DNA of 33,103 nt, taken from positions 24,826,331-24,859,433 of the forward strand of contig NC_057718.1 of NCBI RefSeq assembly GCF_004010195.1, in the 5' to 3' direction. The DNA comes from Chiloscyllium plagiosum (taxonomy: Eukaryota). Shown here in pieces: positions 21,715 to 33,103 of the stretch (its first letter is position 1; each line of letters begins with the position of its first letter). The position numbers and the translations under genes were made by a program. The notes beneath the pieces are model-generated. The model did not search any database. It was given only the letters and a program-made list of their open reading frames with translations, and was not told the DNA's origin.

Positions 21715-22751
21715 CCTTCGTCTCCACAAGGCCTGTATGATGGTCAATCTTACCGATATGATCATGGACAGATGCATCTATGGATGGCAGAGCCGGCATA
21801 TTGGTAAGGATTATGTCAAGCATGTCTTTTCCTCTTGTTGGTTCCCTCACCATTTGCTGAGAGCCAGTCCAGCAGTTAGTTCTTTAGAAGCCATACAGCT
21901 CGATCAATAGTGCTGCTACTGACTGTTGGTCATGGAGATTGAAATCCCTCACCAAGACTACATTTTGCAACATTATCACCCTTAGTGCTTCCTCCAAGTG
22001 TTGCTCAGCATGGAATATTGATTCCTCAGCTGAGGGAGGACGGTACACGGTAATGAACAGGAGGTTTCCTTGCACATATTTAATCTGAAGTAATGAGACT
22101 TTACGGGGTCCAGCATCAATGCTGAGGAATGTCAGGACAGTTCCCTCCCAACTATATCGCCATCTTTGCTGGGTCTGTCCTACTAGTGAGATAGGACATA
22201 TCAAGGGATGGTGATGGTGGTGCCTGGGACATTGTCTATAAGGTATGATTCCGTGACTACGACTATATCAAGCTATTGCTTGACTCGTCTGTGAGACAGC
22301 TCTCCCAAACTTTGAGCACTAGCTCCCAGATGTTAGTAAGGAGAATGTAAAGGGTTGACAGGCCTGTTTTTGTCATTGTCTTTTCTGGTACCTATTTCGA
22401 TGCCAGATGCTCCATCTGGTTTCATATCTTTGTTGAGACTTCATAGCAATTGAAACAACTGAGTAGCTTGCTATTCCATTTCAAAGGGCAGTTCAGAGTC
22501 AACCATATGTCAACTAGGCAAGGTGAGGATAGCAGGTTTCCTTTACCTGAAGGACATTAGTAAACCAGATTTTTTTTTTGATGATCCACAATGGTTTTAT
22601 GGTCATCAGTAGAATCCTAATTCCAGTTTTTTTTTTATTGAACTCAAATTCCCCCACCTGCCATTGTGTGATTTGAACCTCAGTCCCCAGAACATTTGCT
22701 GAGTTTCTGGATTAATAGTCGAGCAATAATATCACTCGACCATTGCCTCCC
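21715..22751 (-). mobile_element. 5' portion of an ORF1-less LINE with tRNA-like head and complete decayed APE endonuclease domain
   Basis: A box 22742-22732, B box 22679-22669, ATG at 22444. APE motifs TNIW, DIVVVTESYL, VYRPPS, RDFN, EPTRGKDMLDIILTN, IDH. Confidence 0.8.
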
Positions 22752-22769
22752 CACTATTATGCCCCAGCA

Positions 22770-24560
22770 GGGCACTTAGATAGGTTCAAGGTAATCAGGC
22801 AGAATCAACATGTATTTGTGAAGGGGAAATCATATTTAATCAATCTATTGAAGTTCATTTAGGTAGTGGATCAGGGGAATCAGGAGCCCAACTGCTAATC
22901 CTAGTCAAGGCCCATGGCTGCAGGGGTTTGCCTAGCAACCTGAGTCCCAGTTCTGGGATGTACCTTCAGCCCAGACTCTATTATTGATAAGGGGGAGCTT
23001 GTGGAAGTACTGTACTTAGATTTCCAGAAGGTATTTGATAAAGTGTTGCATCAAAGTTTATTGTGGAGAATAAAAGCTCTTGGTGAAGAAAACAGTTTGT
23101 TAGCTTGGATAGAATTTTGACTGGCTAACAAAATGCAGACTGTAGCTTTACATAGTGTGCCACAGGGACTGGTGCTAAGACTAATTGTTTACAATTTACA
23201 GAAATGTCTCGGATGAAAGAATGGAATGTGTAGCTGCCAATTTACTGATGACACAAAGATAGGTAGGAAAGTAAGTTGTGAGGAGGACACAAGGACGGTG
23301 CAATATAAAATTCTTCGGAATTCTTGTGCATGTTTCACAAAAGGTGTTTGCAGGTACAGCAGGTAATCAGAATGCCATCTACACAGAAACAGAGAGGCTG
23401 TGTTTCAGTTATACAGGGCATGAGTGAGACCACATCTGGAGTACTGTGTACAGTGTTGATCACCTTATTTAAGGAAGAGTATCAATGTGTTGGAAGCAGT
23501 TCAGAGAGGGTTTAGCATAACAATAACTAGAATGGGCACACTATTTTATGAGGACATGGTTAGACAGAGCAGGCTTGTACCTGCTGAAGTTTGGAAGAGT
23601 AAAAGGTGGCTTGGTCAAAATATATAAGTTTCTGAGGGGTCTTGAAAAGTTGAATGTGAAGAAAATGTTTCTTCTTATGGAAAAATGAAGAATAGGGGTC
23701 ACTGTTTAACATAAGGAGTCACCCATAAAACAAATGAGACATTTTTTTTCTGAGAACCATGAGCATTTAGGTCTTTCTTCCTCAAAAATGTAGGTAAAGC
23801 AGAGTATTTAAATATTACTAGGGCAGGGGAGGATAGTTTTTTTGGTAAATAAAAGGGTGAAAGATTATCAGAAACAGAGGGATTTGAAGTTACAATCAGA
23901 TCAGATGAATCAGATGCACAGGACGTTGATTAGGCCACTGTTGGAATATTGTGTGCAATTCTGGTCTCCTTCCTATTGGAAAGATGTTGTGAAACTTGAA
24001 AGGGTTCAAAAAGATTTACAAGATGATGCCAGAGTTGGAGGACTTGAGCTATAGGGAGAGGCTGAACAGGCTGGGGTTGTTTTCCCAGCAGCGTCGGAGG
24101 CTGGGAGGTGACCTTAACGAGGTTTACAAAATTATGAGGGGCATGGATAGGGTAAATAAGCAAAGTCTTTTCCCTGGGGTTGGAGAGTCCAGAACTAAAA
24201 GATATAGGTTTATGGTGAGAGGGGAAAGATATAAAAGAGACCTACGGGGCAACTTATTCATAAAAAGGATGGTACGTGTATGGAATGAGCTGCTAGAGGA
24301 AGTGGTGGAGGCTGGTACAATTGTAACATTTAAGAGGCATTTGGATAGGTATATGAATAGGAAGGGTTTGGAGGGATATGGGCCGGGTGCTGGCAGGTGG
24401 GACTAGATTGGGTTGGGATATCTGGTCGACATGGACGAGTTGGACCGAAGGGTCTGTTTCCATTCTGTACATCTCTATGACTCTATGACTCCATGTGATC
24501 GCATTGAATGGTGGAGGTTGATCAGGGGTAGAATAACATACATCTACTCCTTAATGGCAT
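22770..24560 (+). mobile_element. CR1 RT and 3' end (continuation of 19570-21276), with a younger CR1 inserted
   Basis: IRQNQHVFVKGKSYLINLL, YLDFQKVFDKVLH, FTDDTKIG, RPHLEYCVQ. Confidence 0.8.
23915..24492 (+). mobile_element. Young HER1/CR1 3' fragment
   Basis: HRTLIRPLLEYCVQFWSP and ORF 23996-24406 (LSYRERLNRLGLFS...VWNEL...FKRHLDRYM). (CTCTATGA)n tail. Confidence 0.9.
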
Positions 24561-24852
24561 GTTCCTAAGTTTAATTTCATTTTGAGTCACTTGTATATTT
24601 TGTTTGATTCTACAGATCACCTTTAAAGCATAAAAAAATATTGTGTGAAGATTTTTCTTTCTCTAAGTGTGGGAGCTGGTGTTTAAACAGGTGAATAACA
24701 CTCCTTCTAGCCATCTTCGCTTCCACTGAGTGAAAAATCCAACTCACAGTGTTCCTGGAGTGACTGTATCAATATATTTGTTTTAATATAAAATATGTGG
24801 CTTCCATTTTTGGGTCCGAAAAGCATTTAGCCACAGATACAAAAAAGTATAT

Positions 24853-25600
24853 TGTAGTTATAAGATAGAGTTATAATCCCAGTTGATAACACCAGACAAG
24901 TCAAATCCTAGAGTGGAACTTGGATTGACAGATCATAATTTTAGTTTGCAGTTTGGTTGCAATGATTGACCACTGAGCATATTCATATGAGGCTGCTAAT
25001 GCTCTCTTAATAAAAGAATACAAGTTTATTACATCAAAGGAAAACTAACCATATATGAAAATAAAACATAATTTAGAAAGAACTTAACCTAAACAGCAAA
25101 AAGGAAGGTTCCACTCTTTTTCCAGCATTATTCTTTACAGTCAATCAATCCTAGTGAAGTATTATTGTGACTCGAACCTTTAATTTTGTATTCAATGGAC
25201 AAGATTGCAAGCATTTATTTTTAAATTTTCTGCATAACACCAGATGTGCTTCTTTTTATTACTGCTTTGCCCTAAAATACATAGAACTACTTCACTGATT
25301 TATAAAACTGAAGTTTAAGAAAGATCTTCTCTACTTAAGCTGCTAAAGACTCCTTTCCAGCTCTAAAAACCCCCCACAACTCCAACTGTCCTTCTGCTGA
25401 TGTGAAACTATTCTTCTGAACTGATTTGAGCCTCTGACCATCATTCTTTCTAAATTCATAAATATTCCAGTTTGTAAATATTTCATCAATTACCTCACCA
25501 GATAGCTCACTTAATTTAAGCCATACACTTTCACAGAAATGACGTTTGAACTCACTGTTCAAAAATACTTTCTAGCCTCTTAAAAAAATTCATCTTCACA
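24853..25600. mobile_element. Possible solo LTR
   Basis: Begins TGTAG, ends TTCACA, and resembles my recollection of shark LTR families (cagacaagtcaaatcctagagtggaacttggattgacagatc). No clear TSD and no partner in the window. Confidence 0.3.
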
Positions 25601-25809
25601 GTTTTCTACCATTTTCAAAGTTCACAAATAATAACAGTATGTTACAAACCTACATCACAATAGTGAAGATCATTGTAAGTTCTTTGCCTCACTAAAGTGA
25701 AATGATGGAAGATGAAATGTTATTACCTTTGAATTAATCAGTTTACCTCCAGCAGCTACAAGAAGCTGAAATCCTAGTTACATTCTAGGTCATTCAATTC
25801 TGATGGCAA

Positions 25810-26309
25810 NNNNNNNNNNNNNNNNNNNNNNNNNNNNNNNNNNNNNNNNNNNNNNNNNNNNNNNNNNNNNNNNNNNNNNNNNNNNNNNNNNNNNNNNNNN
25901 NNNNNNNNNNNNNNNNNNNNNNNNNNNNNNNNNNNNNNNNNNNNNNNNNNNNNNNNNNNNNNNNNNNNNNNNNNNNNNNNNNNNNNNNNNNNNNNNNNNN
26001 NNNNNNNNNNNNNNNNNNNNNNNNNNNNNNNNNNNNNNNNNNNNNNNNNNNNNNNNNNNNNNNNNNNNNNNNNNNNNNNNNNNNNNNNNNNNNNNNNNNN
26101 NNNNNNNNNNNNNNNNNNNNNNNNNNNNNNNNNNNNNNNNNNNNNNNNNNNNNNNNNNNNNNNNNNNNNNNNNNNNNNNNNNNNNNNNNNNNNNNNNNNN
26201 NNNNNNNNNNNNNNNNNNNNNNNNNNNNNNNNNNNNNNNNNNNNNNNNNNNNNNNNNNNNNNNNNNNNNNNNNNNNNNNNNNNNNNNNNNNNNNNNNNNN
26301 NNNNNNNNN
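25810..26309. other. Assembly gap (500 N)
   Basis: Exactly 500 N, which looks like a fixed-size scaffolding gap. Confidence 0.99.
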
Positions 26310-26645
26310 TTTTAGACTTCCCCACCCTGGGGAAATGACCTCTAATTTCAGACACCCCCCACCCCAGGAATTATGCCCCTGATGACTTTATAAACTCACC
26401 TTTCAGCTTCTGATACTCCAGCCCCAGCCTATTCAGCCTTTCTCTTTGGATCAAGCCCAACTGGCAACATCCTTGTAAATCTTCTCAGAACCTTTTCAAG
26501 TTTCACAACATCTGTCCTCCAACAGAACTGCATGCAATATTCCAAAAGTAGACGAATCAATGCTCTGTACAGCCCCAACATGACATCCCAGCTCCTATAC
26601 TCAATGCTCTGACCAATAAAGGAAAGCATACCAAACGACTTCAAT
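26310..26645 (-). mobile_element. HER1/CR1 fragment
   Basis: MLSFIGQSIEYRSWDVMLGLYRALIRLLLEYCMQF...KLEKVLRRFTRMLP. Confidence 0.85.
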
Positions 26646-26819
26646 TATAAAATCTTCAATTTAAAAAAATTACATTTTGACTTTTAAATGTGTAAAAATA
26701 TAATTAGAGCTTCCTTTATTATGAAGATATTCAAATCAAGGATTTCCTAGATGGCCATGAAAAGTCATATTTACATTCTTCATTGTTCTCTCCTGTTTTC
26801 TTGATTCATGCCTCATACA

Positions 26820-27190
26820 GCCATCCTCAAATATTTCCCACCTTCTCAAGTTCAATACATATCAGGTTGTAATTCTTCAACTATCTTCTTCCCACTTTCT
26901 CCAGTCTCCTCTTCTCCATGAAATCTATCTTCTATTCCTTTGATTAGGCCCATTTGTGGCAGAACTGTCAGCTCCATCAGTCCTACTGTCTGAACCCATT
27001 CCCCCAAGTCTCTCTTCTTCTCTCACCATTGTTGAAGTACTCCACATGACCCATTTTTTGACCAAGCATTTAGTAACTTTGCTTCATTATCCATTCCTTA
27101 AATGGTCACAATTGTTTATTTCATTTTTTTCTGTAAGGTATTTTCAGGTATTTTCGCCATTAAATAGTGCTAGATTAATGAAAATTGTTG
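26820..27190 (+). mobile_element. Old L2 LINE 3' end
   Basis: Decayed ICGRTVSSISPTV*...THFLTKH / ttttttgaccaagcattt, resembling L2 GGRAFS..P.LWN...KT.LFDQAF. Confidence 0.45.
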
Positions 27191-28544
27191 CTATTTCCTG
27201 TGGGGGCTAGGGACTTCAAATAAAATTCTAATGTCTGGCAATTGTTTCCTACCAAAGGAACATATGACAGTAGCAAGGAACAAGATCATCTTCAGAGGTG
27301 GTGTTGTTTTTCTGTTGAACATCTATGTTGTACAACCTGTGATAGTGTTGTAATATTCTTTACAAAGAGAGTGATGGAAATATGGCACTCATTACAAAAG
27401 AGAACAATGGACCTAATGGCAATTTTGTGTTTAAGGGAAATCTAGAAAAGCAGACAAGGGAGAATGAATTAGAAGATCACACTGATGATGAGGGGTGCAA
27501 GGAGGTTCATATGAAGTGTGAACACCAGCACGTTCTAGATTGGACAAAAGAAAAATCAGTTTCTGTGCAGTACATTCCACATAAGTCCACAAAAAAAAGT
27601 AACATAAGTTGCTATAATTAGGGAAACTCAAAGGGTTTTAAACCAAATAGCAGGAGCAAACGTCAAAAGATGCCGTCCATCAAAGAGTGCAGACAAGGTA
27701 AGAGAGGAAAATAATAATGTCAAGAAATTAAAATCAGAGAATGACAAGGAAGAACAGAGAGATAAAACAAAACGTGAGGAATGCACGAACAATTCAGACT
27801 GGAAACTAAAAGATAACAAAAAGAAAAAACCAAAGACCCGATGCCTGAGTGTAAGTTGCTTTTCTAACTAAGGCAGTGCACATTGAAGTCAATAAATATC
27901 AACTGATAACCACTGCACAGACATGGCTGCTGGATGACAAGGACGGGGCTCTGAATCTTAAAGGTATATGATATTCAAGAAGAATATGAAGCTAGGTGAA
28001 GGTGGAAGGGGATTAACCAGGGATGATATTGTTGCAATAATCAGAGATGGTTCAGGAGATCAAAATGTAGGATCAGTTTGAATTGAAATGAGGAACAGTA
28101 GGAGAAAGAAGCCATTAGTGGGAGTAGCGTAGACACCCCTTTACAATAAACACATGCAGGAAAATCTATCAATTTATCATAATTCTTTGAAAGAGTAATA
28201 TGTTCTGTTGATAAAGGGAGCCTATAGATGTACTATACTTGGATTTCCAGAAGGCATTTGATAAGGAGATTCATCAATGTTGATTACAGAAAATAAAAGC
28301 TTGGGTGATAATATATTAGCAAGGGTAGTGAGGTGGCTGGTAGAAAACAGAGACTATACAAAAATGGGTCTTTGATTGACAGGATGTGATAGCTGAAGTT
28401 CTGCAGGCATCCTCAAATTTTCAGAATTCACATCAATGACTTAGATGTGGGTACAAATGTATTGGCTAAATTTGCAGACGATACAAAGACAGCTGGAAAA
28501 GTATGTTGAAAAGACAAATTTAGCATTTTATGGAAGGTTTTAAA

Positions 28545-28747
28545 TGTAGTGATTGGTACGAGGTCAGCCAGGTGCACCTCATAGAATATGAGTTCCCTGA
28601 TTAGGGCTGATAGCCTAGTCCAATCAGGGATTCCTGGCTGACAGATTTTAACAGGAGTGTCAAGGGCTCTGTTCACTCTAGGAGTTGGCTCTGAGCTAGC
28701 TGGGTCAGTGACATGTAAACACAGGGTGACTTGGTGGAGTTATTTCA
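28545..28747 (+). mobile_element. Solo LTR (TG...CA)
   Basis: TGTAGTGATTGG...GGAGTTATTTCA interrupting the CR1 RT. Partial inverted copy at 21277. Confidence 0.7.
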
Positions 28748-28884
28748 ATATGAACAATTTGAATGAGTGGGCAAAAACCTGAAAGAAGGAGGATAATGTG
28801 GGAAAATTTGGCAAAGTTGTTCACTTTGGCAGGAAGAATTCGAAAAAGAATGACTGTGATATTTTGGTGGACATGGAATCTTAT

Positions 28885-29018
28885 ACTCCACAACCACCTG
28901 ATGAAGGAGCAGCACTCCAAAAGTTAGTGCTTCTAAATGAACCTGTTGGACTATAACTTGGTGTTGCGTGAGTTTTAATTTTGTACACTCCTGTCCAACA
29001 CCAGCACCTCCAAATCAA
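28885..29018 (+). mobile_element. Single Penelope-like terminus (same family as 13205-13428), core decayed
   Basis: ccacaaccacCTGATGAaggagcagcactccAAAAgttagtg...cctgttggactataac...ccaacaccagcacctccaaatca. Confidence 0.8.
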
Positions 29019-29579
29019 ACTGTGAAATTTTGAGATGCAAAAGAATCTAGATGCTTGGTGCATGAGTCACAAAATTTTAGAATGCAAGGTACAGCATATA
29101 ATCAAAGCAATCCCTTATGATAAGAGAATTGAACATTGAAGTAAAGATATTACAATTCAGTATTCCAGGGAATTGGCAGACCTAATCTTGAATACCGTGT
29201 GCAGCTTTGGTCTCTTTGTCTGAGGAAGGATATTAATGTGTCGGTGGTGGTTCAGGAGAGCCTTACCAGACTGACATTTGGAATTAGTGGGTTGTGTTAT
29301 GTGGATAGGTTGCGCAGACTGAATTTATTTCCACTGGAATTTAAAAGAGTGAGGGGAGACTTAATTGAAGTGAACAAGATCCTGAACAGTATTGACAAGG
29401 TGGACATGGAATAGATGTTTCCTTTCTTCGTGAGAACAGAACTAGGATGTACTGTTTCAAATTAGGGGATCATTCTTTCAGACAGAGATGAGGAGAAGTG
29501 TTTCTCTTCAACAGGGTTGTGCAACTTTGGAAATCTCGGCCTCAGAAGGAGATTGAAGTGTGATCATCGAGTACCAAGA

Positions 29580-29845
29580 CAGATTAGATAGATTCCCTTC
29601 AGTGTGGAAACAGGCCCTTCGGCCCAACAAGTCCACACCGACCCTCCGAAAAGTAACCCCCCCAACTAATGTGCCTAACAAGTATGGACAATTTAGCATA
29701 GCCAATTCATCTGACCCGCACATCTTGGAATGTTGGAGGAAACTGGAGAGAATGTGCAAACTCCACACAAACGGTCGCCTAAGGCTGGAATCGAACCTGG
29801 GACCCTGGCGCTGTGAGGCAGCAGTGCTAACCACCATGCCGCCCC
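29580..29845 (-). mobile_element. HE1-type SINE
   Basis: Reverse copy with intact B box GGTTCGATTCC, V-domain and aatct tail. Confidence 0.9.
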
Positions 29846-31991
29846 AAATGTAAAATGTAAGCTGTAAAACGATTCTTGTCAGGCAAGGGAATGAAAGGCT
29901 ATTGATATATATGAGAATGAAAATGTAGAATTCAGAACACAAGCAGAACAGCCATGATCTTATTAAATGGCAAAGCAGGCTCAAGGCACTGAATGGCCTA
30001 TTCCTGCTCTTCTTTTACATATTTGTGTGTTACATTTACTGTGAAAACTGGTTCTTTATGTGAGCCTGTCCTGGACTACAAATTAACTCCAGTCTCAGTT
30101 TATTGGAAGGCTGTTGAATACTTCTTTTGAATTTCAAATCTGCACTCATCTGTGCAGATACCATCCTATTCAATTTCTATGTAAGCATAAAGATCAAAAG
30201 GTAATTACCTATTCTTTTACCGCAAACCATGCTCTACACACTGATGAGCATCCATAAAACCTGTATTAAACAAGCAGCGATGCATCCATTATTCTCCTTT
30301 TCATTTTAAAATATGCTGATTTATGTGCTGAATTTATAAACTTACCTCGACATCATCTTATTTTCAAATCATTGTGGTTCATACTTACATGCAGAGGCTA
30401 ATCTTGAGCTATTGAAATAATTGGTAAAACACAAGAGATCAACATAAAAGAAACACTCGATATTCCTACACCTAAATTGAAAGTGGCTTGCTCAACTATT
30501 AGTACTGCACAGCCTGTAAAATACTATTTCCCAATAGTTCTAAGTGATTTTCACCTATATTTCACCAATCTTCCCTATTCCTCTTCTCAAAGCACTGACT
30601 CCTTACCAGTTTCTAACTGCACAAATGGTTAATTACTCTCTGATACTTGCCCAATTCTCACAGTCAAGCCTCATCGTCTTCCAGTTTAGTAATAGCAAGC
30701 ATTTCCTTTTCCTAACCTGGGGAGACATTTATATCAGCGTCCCTGCCATATCCATAGCTGTAATCAGCTAAGTCAACTCACCTGCAATGAAAGGTGGAAT
30801 ATGAATTCTCTGCATTATTCTCCAATTTAACACACTGGTTTACCAAAGAAGCTGCCAATGTATAAATTGGATTTTAAATTTGTCAAACAGACAGTTCCTT
30901 CTTTTGTAATTTAGGATGTAAGTCTCATTGGAATTTACGGCCCAGCCCGCATAGATGTAAGGAGGTGTCTTCCTAAAATTGTGAAGCAGCCTGACATGAC
31001 TGATGGCTTGGTTGGCAATTAAGAGTTACATTGGTTACATACATGCATACCAATTGTTAACTGTATAAAACTACACAGTGGGGCCAAACACAATTCACTG
31101 GCATGTGTGTTGAATCAGAACAATGGGTAGCCAGGAGCTGAGGTTTGAGGGCAGAATGTGGACACTTCATACACTTGACTAATGCCTAAGAGTTGGCTGA
31201 TATCAGAAAGAAGACTTCTGACACCAGCAGAACCATAATCTGATCCTACTACCTTCCTACTGGGAATTAAAACTGTGAAATTATTTGGCAATTTGTACAG
31301 ATATTTTATCAGCTCGATATGCTTTACAGTTGCTTTATCCAATGCTGAGGTCACTTTGTTAAGACCTAGCTTTTCAGTATTTTCTTATTATTAGTGCGCT
31401 ACTGTAACCATATGAAATGAACCAAGTAAAATGCTACCAGAGAAGCCAGAAAAAGTGTGCAAAGTCATAGGGACACTTTATTTTTCCACTTTCTCCTGTC
31501 ATTTTTGTTCCGCCCATTACATTTGTTAATGTTGCAGGGAAAGCGCCACTCTTTAATTATCTACATTATTATAAAGAGTTTCCAGGTGGTCAGTGCTGTA
31601 TACCTGCAGGGCAGGGATCTATTTAGATCTTTGCAGAGCATAATTGTATTGCAGAGTAGAATAATTAGTTGAGTCATTAATTGTCTTGAGTCCAATGACC
31701 TAAAAACTTCTGAAATTACTGCTATTCTGGGGGTATATATTAAATCTATCCAATGTGTCCACATATCCCAGCCTTGTTTCAAATATACTTGAAAATTGAA
31801 TTGGTAAATATTTAACATATTAATTTTAGTAACTATCAAATTATACTATAAAATATTTTAAACAAAAATTTCAACTTCTCAAAGCACGTCAAAAAATCTC
31901 CCTTTCATTTACCTTTTAGTTTAATCCTGTTTTTCTGAACGATGTATCTGCATTTTAATAATGCATATTGAAGAAATGACCAATGTGCATT

Positions 31992-32624
31992 CATAGAACA
32001 TAGAACATAGAACAATACAGCGCAGTACAGGCCCTTTGGCCCTCGATGTTGCGCCGATCCAAGCCCACCTAACCTATACTAACCCACTATCCTCCATATA
32101 CCTATCCAATGCCCGCTTAAATGCCCATAAAGAGGGAGAGTCCACCACTGCTACTGGCAGGGCATTCCATGAACTTACAACTCGCTGAGTGAAGAACCTA
32201 CCCCTAACTTCAGTCCTATATCTACCCCCCCTTAATTTAAAGCTATGCCCCCTTGTAATACCCGACTCCATACGCGGGAAAAGGTTCACACTGTCAACCC
32301 TATCTAACCCCCTAATCATCTTATACACCTCAATCAAGTCACCCCTAAACCTTCTTTTCACTAATGAAAACAGCCCCAAGTGTCTCAGTCTTTCATCATA
32401 CGATCTTCCTTCCATACCAGGCAACATCCTGGTAAACCCCCTCTGCACCCGTTCCAGTGCCTCCACATCCTTCCTAGTATGGCGACCAAAACTGCACACA
32501 ATATTCCAGATGCGGCCGCACCAGAGTCTTATACAACTGCAACATGACCCCAGGACTCCGGAACTCAATCCCTCTACCAATAAAAGCCAGTACGCCATAT
32601 GCCTTCCTCACCGCACTATTTACC
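31992..32624 (-). mobile_element. Young HER1/CR1 LINE 3' fragment
   Basis: AVRKAYGVLAFIGRGIEFRS..VMLQLYKTLVRPHLEYCVQFWSPY and KDVEALERVQR...FFTQRVVSSWNALP. (CATAGAA)n tail at about 31993-32013. Confidence 0.92.
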
Positions 32625-33103
32625 TGGAGACTCCAACTCCTCTTGTTGCAGCACAATGACAGGGGTTTCAGTAAGAAATGGCTCCCAGCAACAGCAGACC
32701 AACAGAGATGGGGTACGGGCATTCAAACGTTCACAAGCATATCATCTCCTCTGTACTAGCTTCGCAATGTTTTACGTAATATATGTTAGCATCTACTTGA
32801 CTGGAAGCACAGCAAATTGCAGTGCTCATGGAACTGCCACACAGGAAGAGACGGCATTGATCACGGGGTTACACACCATTCGTTCCGAAAGCGCCATTCC
32901 TCACACCTGATGTCAATATCTGTGAAGAACATTTTCAGTGATTCAGAGAAATACTCAGTTTTCCATCTGGCATGTAGCATGTAACGTTAAGAATGATGTC
33001 ATAACTCTTTATTTGCTGTTGTGTAATATGCTGTTGTGTAAATAAACACGTTGTCAAACTTCCCAGATTCTGTTGTTCCAAATCTGGTTTCACACAGAAT
33101 CAC
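32625..33103 (+). mobile_element. Possible decayed Gypsy 3' end with start of an LTR
   Basis: Fragments LQHNDRGFSKK, RNVLRNIC*HLL and HTIRSESAIP resemble integrase C-terminal motifs (RRNRRHL, TRSGR). TGTAGC...AATAAA at 33041. No PPT seen. Confidence 0.3.

Larger units (their letters stand above)
27620..30010 (+). mobile_element. Fragmented CR1 LINE hosting an LTR, a Penelope terminus and an HE1
   Basis: YLDFQKAFDK, HINDLD..KFADDTK, VQLWSLCLRKDI...RGDLIEVNKIL, and the 3' UTR gaatggcctattcctgctc. Confidence 0.75.

Noticed and set aside
25774..26355. Long ORFs spanning the N run
   Set aside because: Artefacts of the 500-N gap.
30241..30260. CTGATGA hammerhead-like heptamer
   Set aside because: No stem II or GAAA partner follows.
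31214..31226. acttctgacacca, the reverse of a tRNA-Leu-type Gypsy primer-binding site
   Set aside because: Isolated 13-mer with no adjacent LTR end or gag that I can identify.

Overview
Repeat-dense, AT-rich eukaryotic DNA, very likely from a cartilaginous fish. The HE1-type V-SINEs, HER1/CR1 LINEs and Penelope termini look like shark repeats; that assignment is from recall, not a database search. I cannot support any host protein-coding gene. The ORFs I can recognise are decayed transposon fragments, and the rest look like chance ORFs, so the window is probably intronic or intergenic. It holds about 7 HE1 SINE copies, several nested CR1 LINEs of different ages, a Rex1/Babar and an L2 3' end, a decayed Gypsy LTR element with both LTRs and a PPT, solo-LTR pieces, two TA-type Tc1/mariner (Tigger/pogo-like) MITEs, six Penelope-like termini with hammerhead-ribozyme-like cores, and a 500-N scaffold gap. 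Three observations stand out. (1) An ORF1-less LINE whose 5' end is a tRNA-like Pol III promoter running straight into an APE endonuclease ORF, with no T4 Pol III terminator on its ~1 kb sense strand. (2) Two ~200-bp fold-back Penelope insertions with a hammerhead core at the hairpin centre and long flanking direct repeats; stem II co-varies between copies. (3) A two-piece templated insertion inside a CR1. Repeat boundaries are approximate unless exact motifs are quoted.
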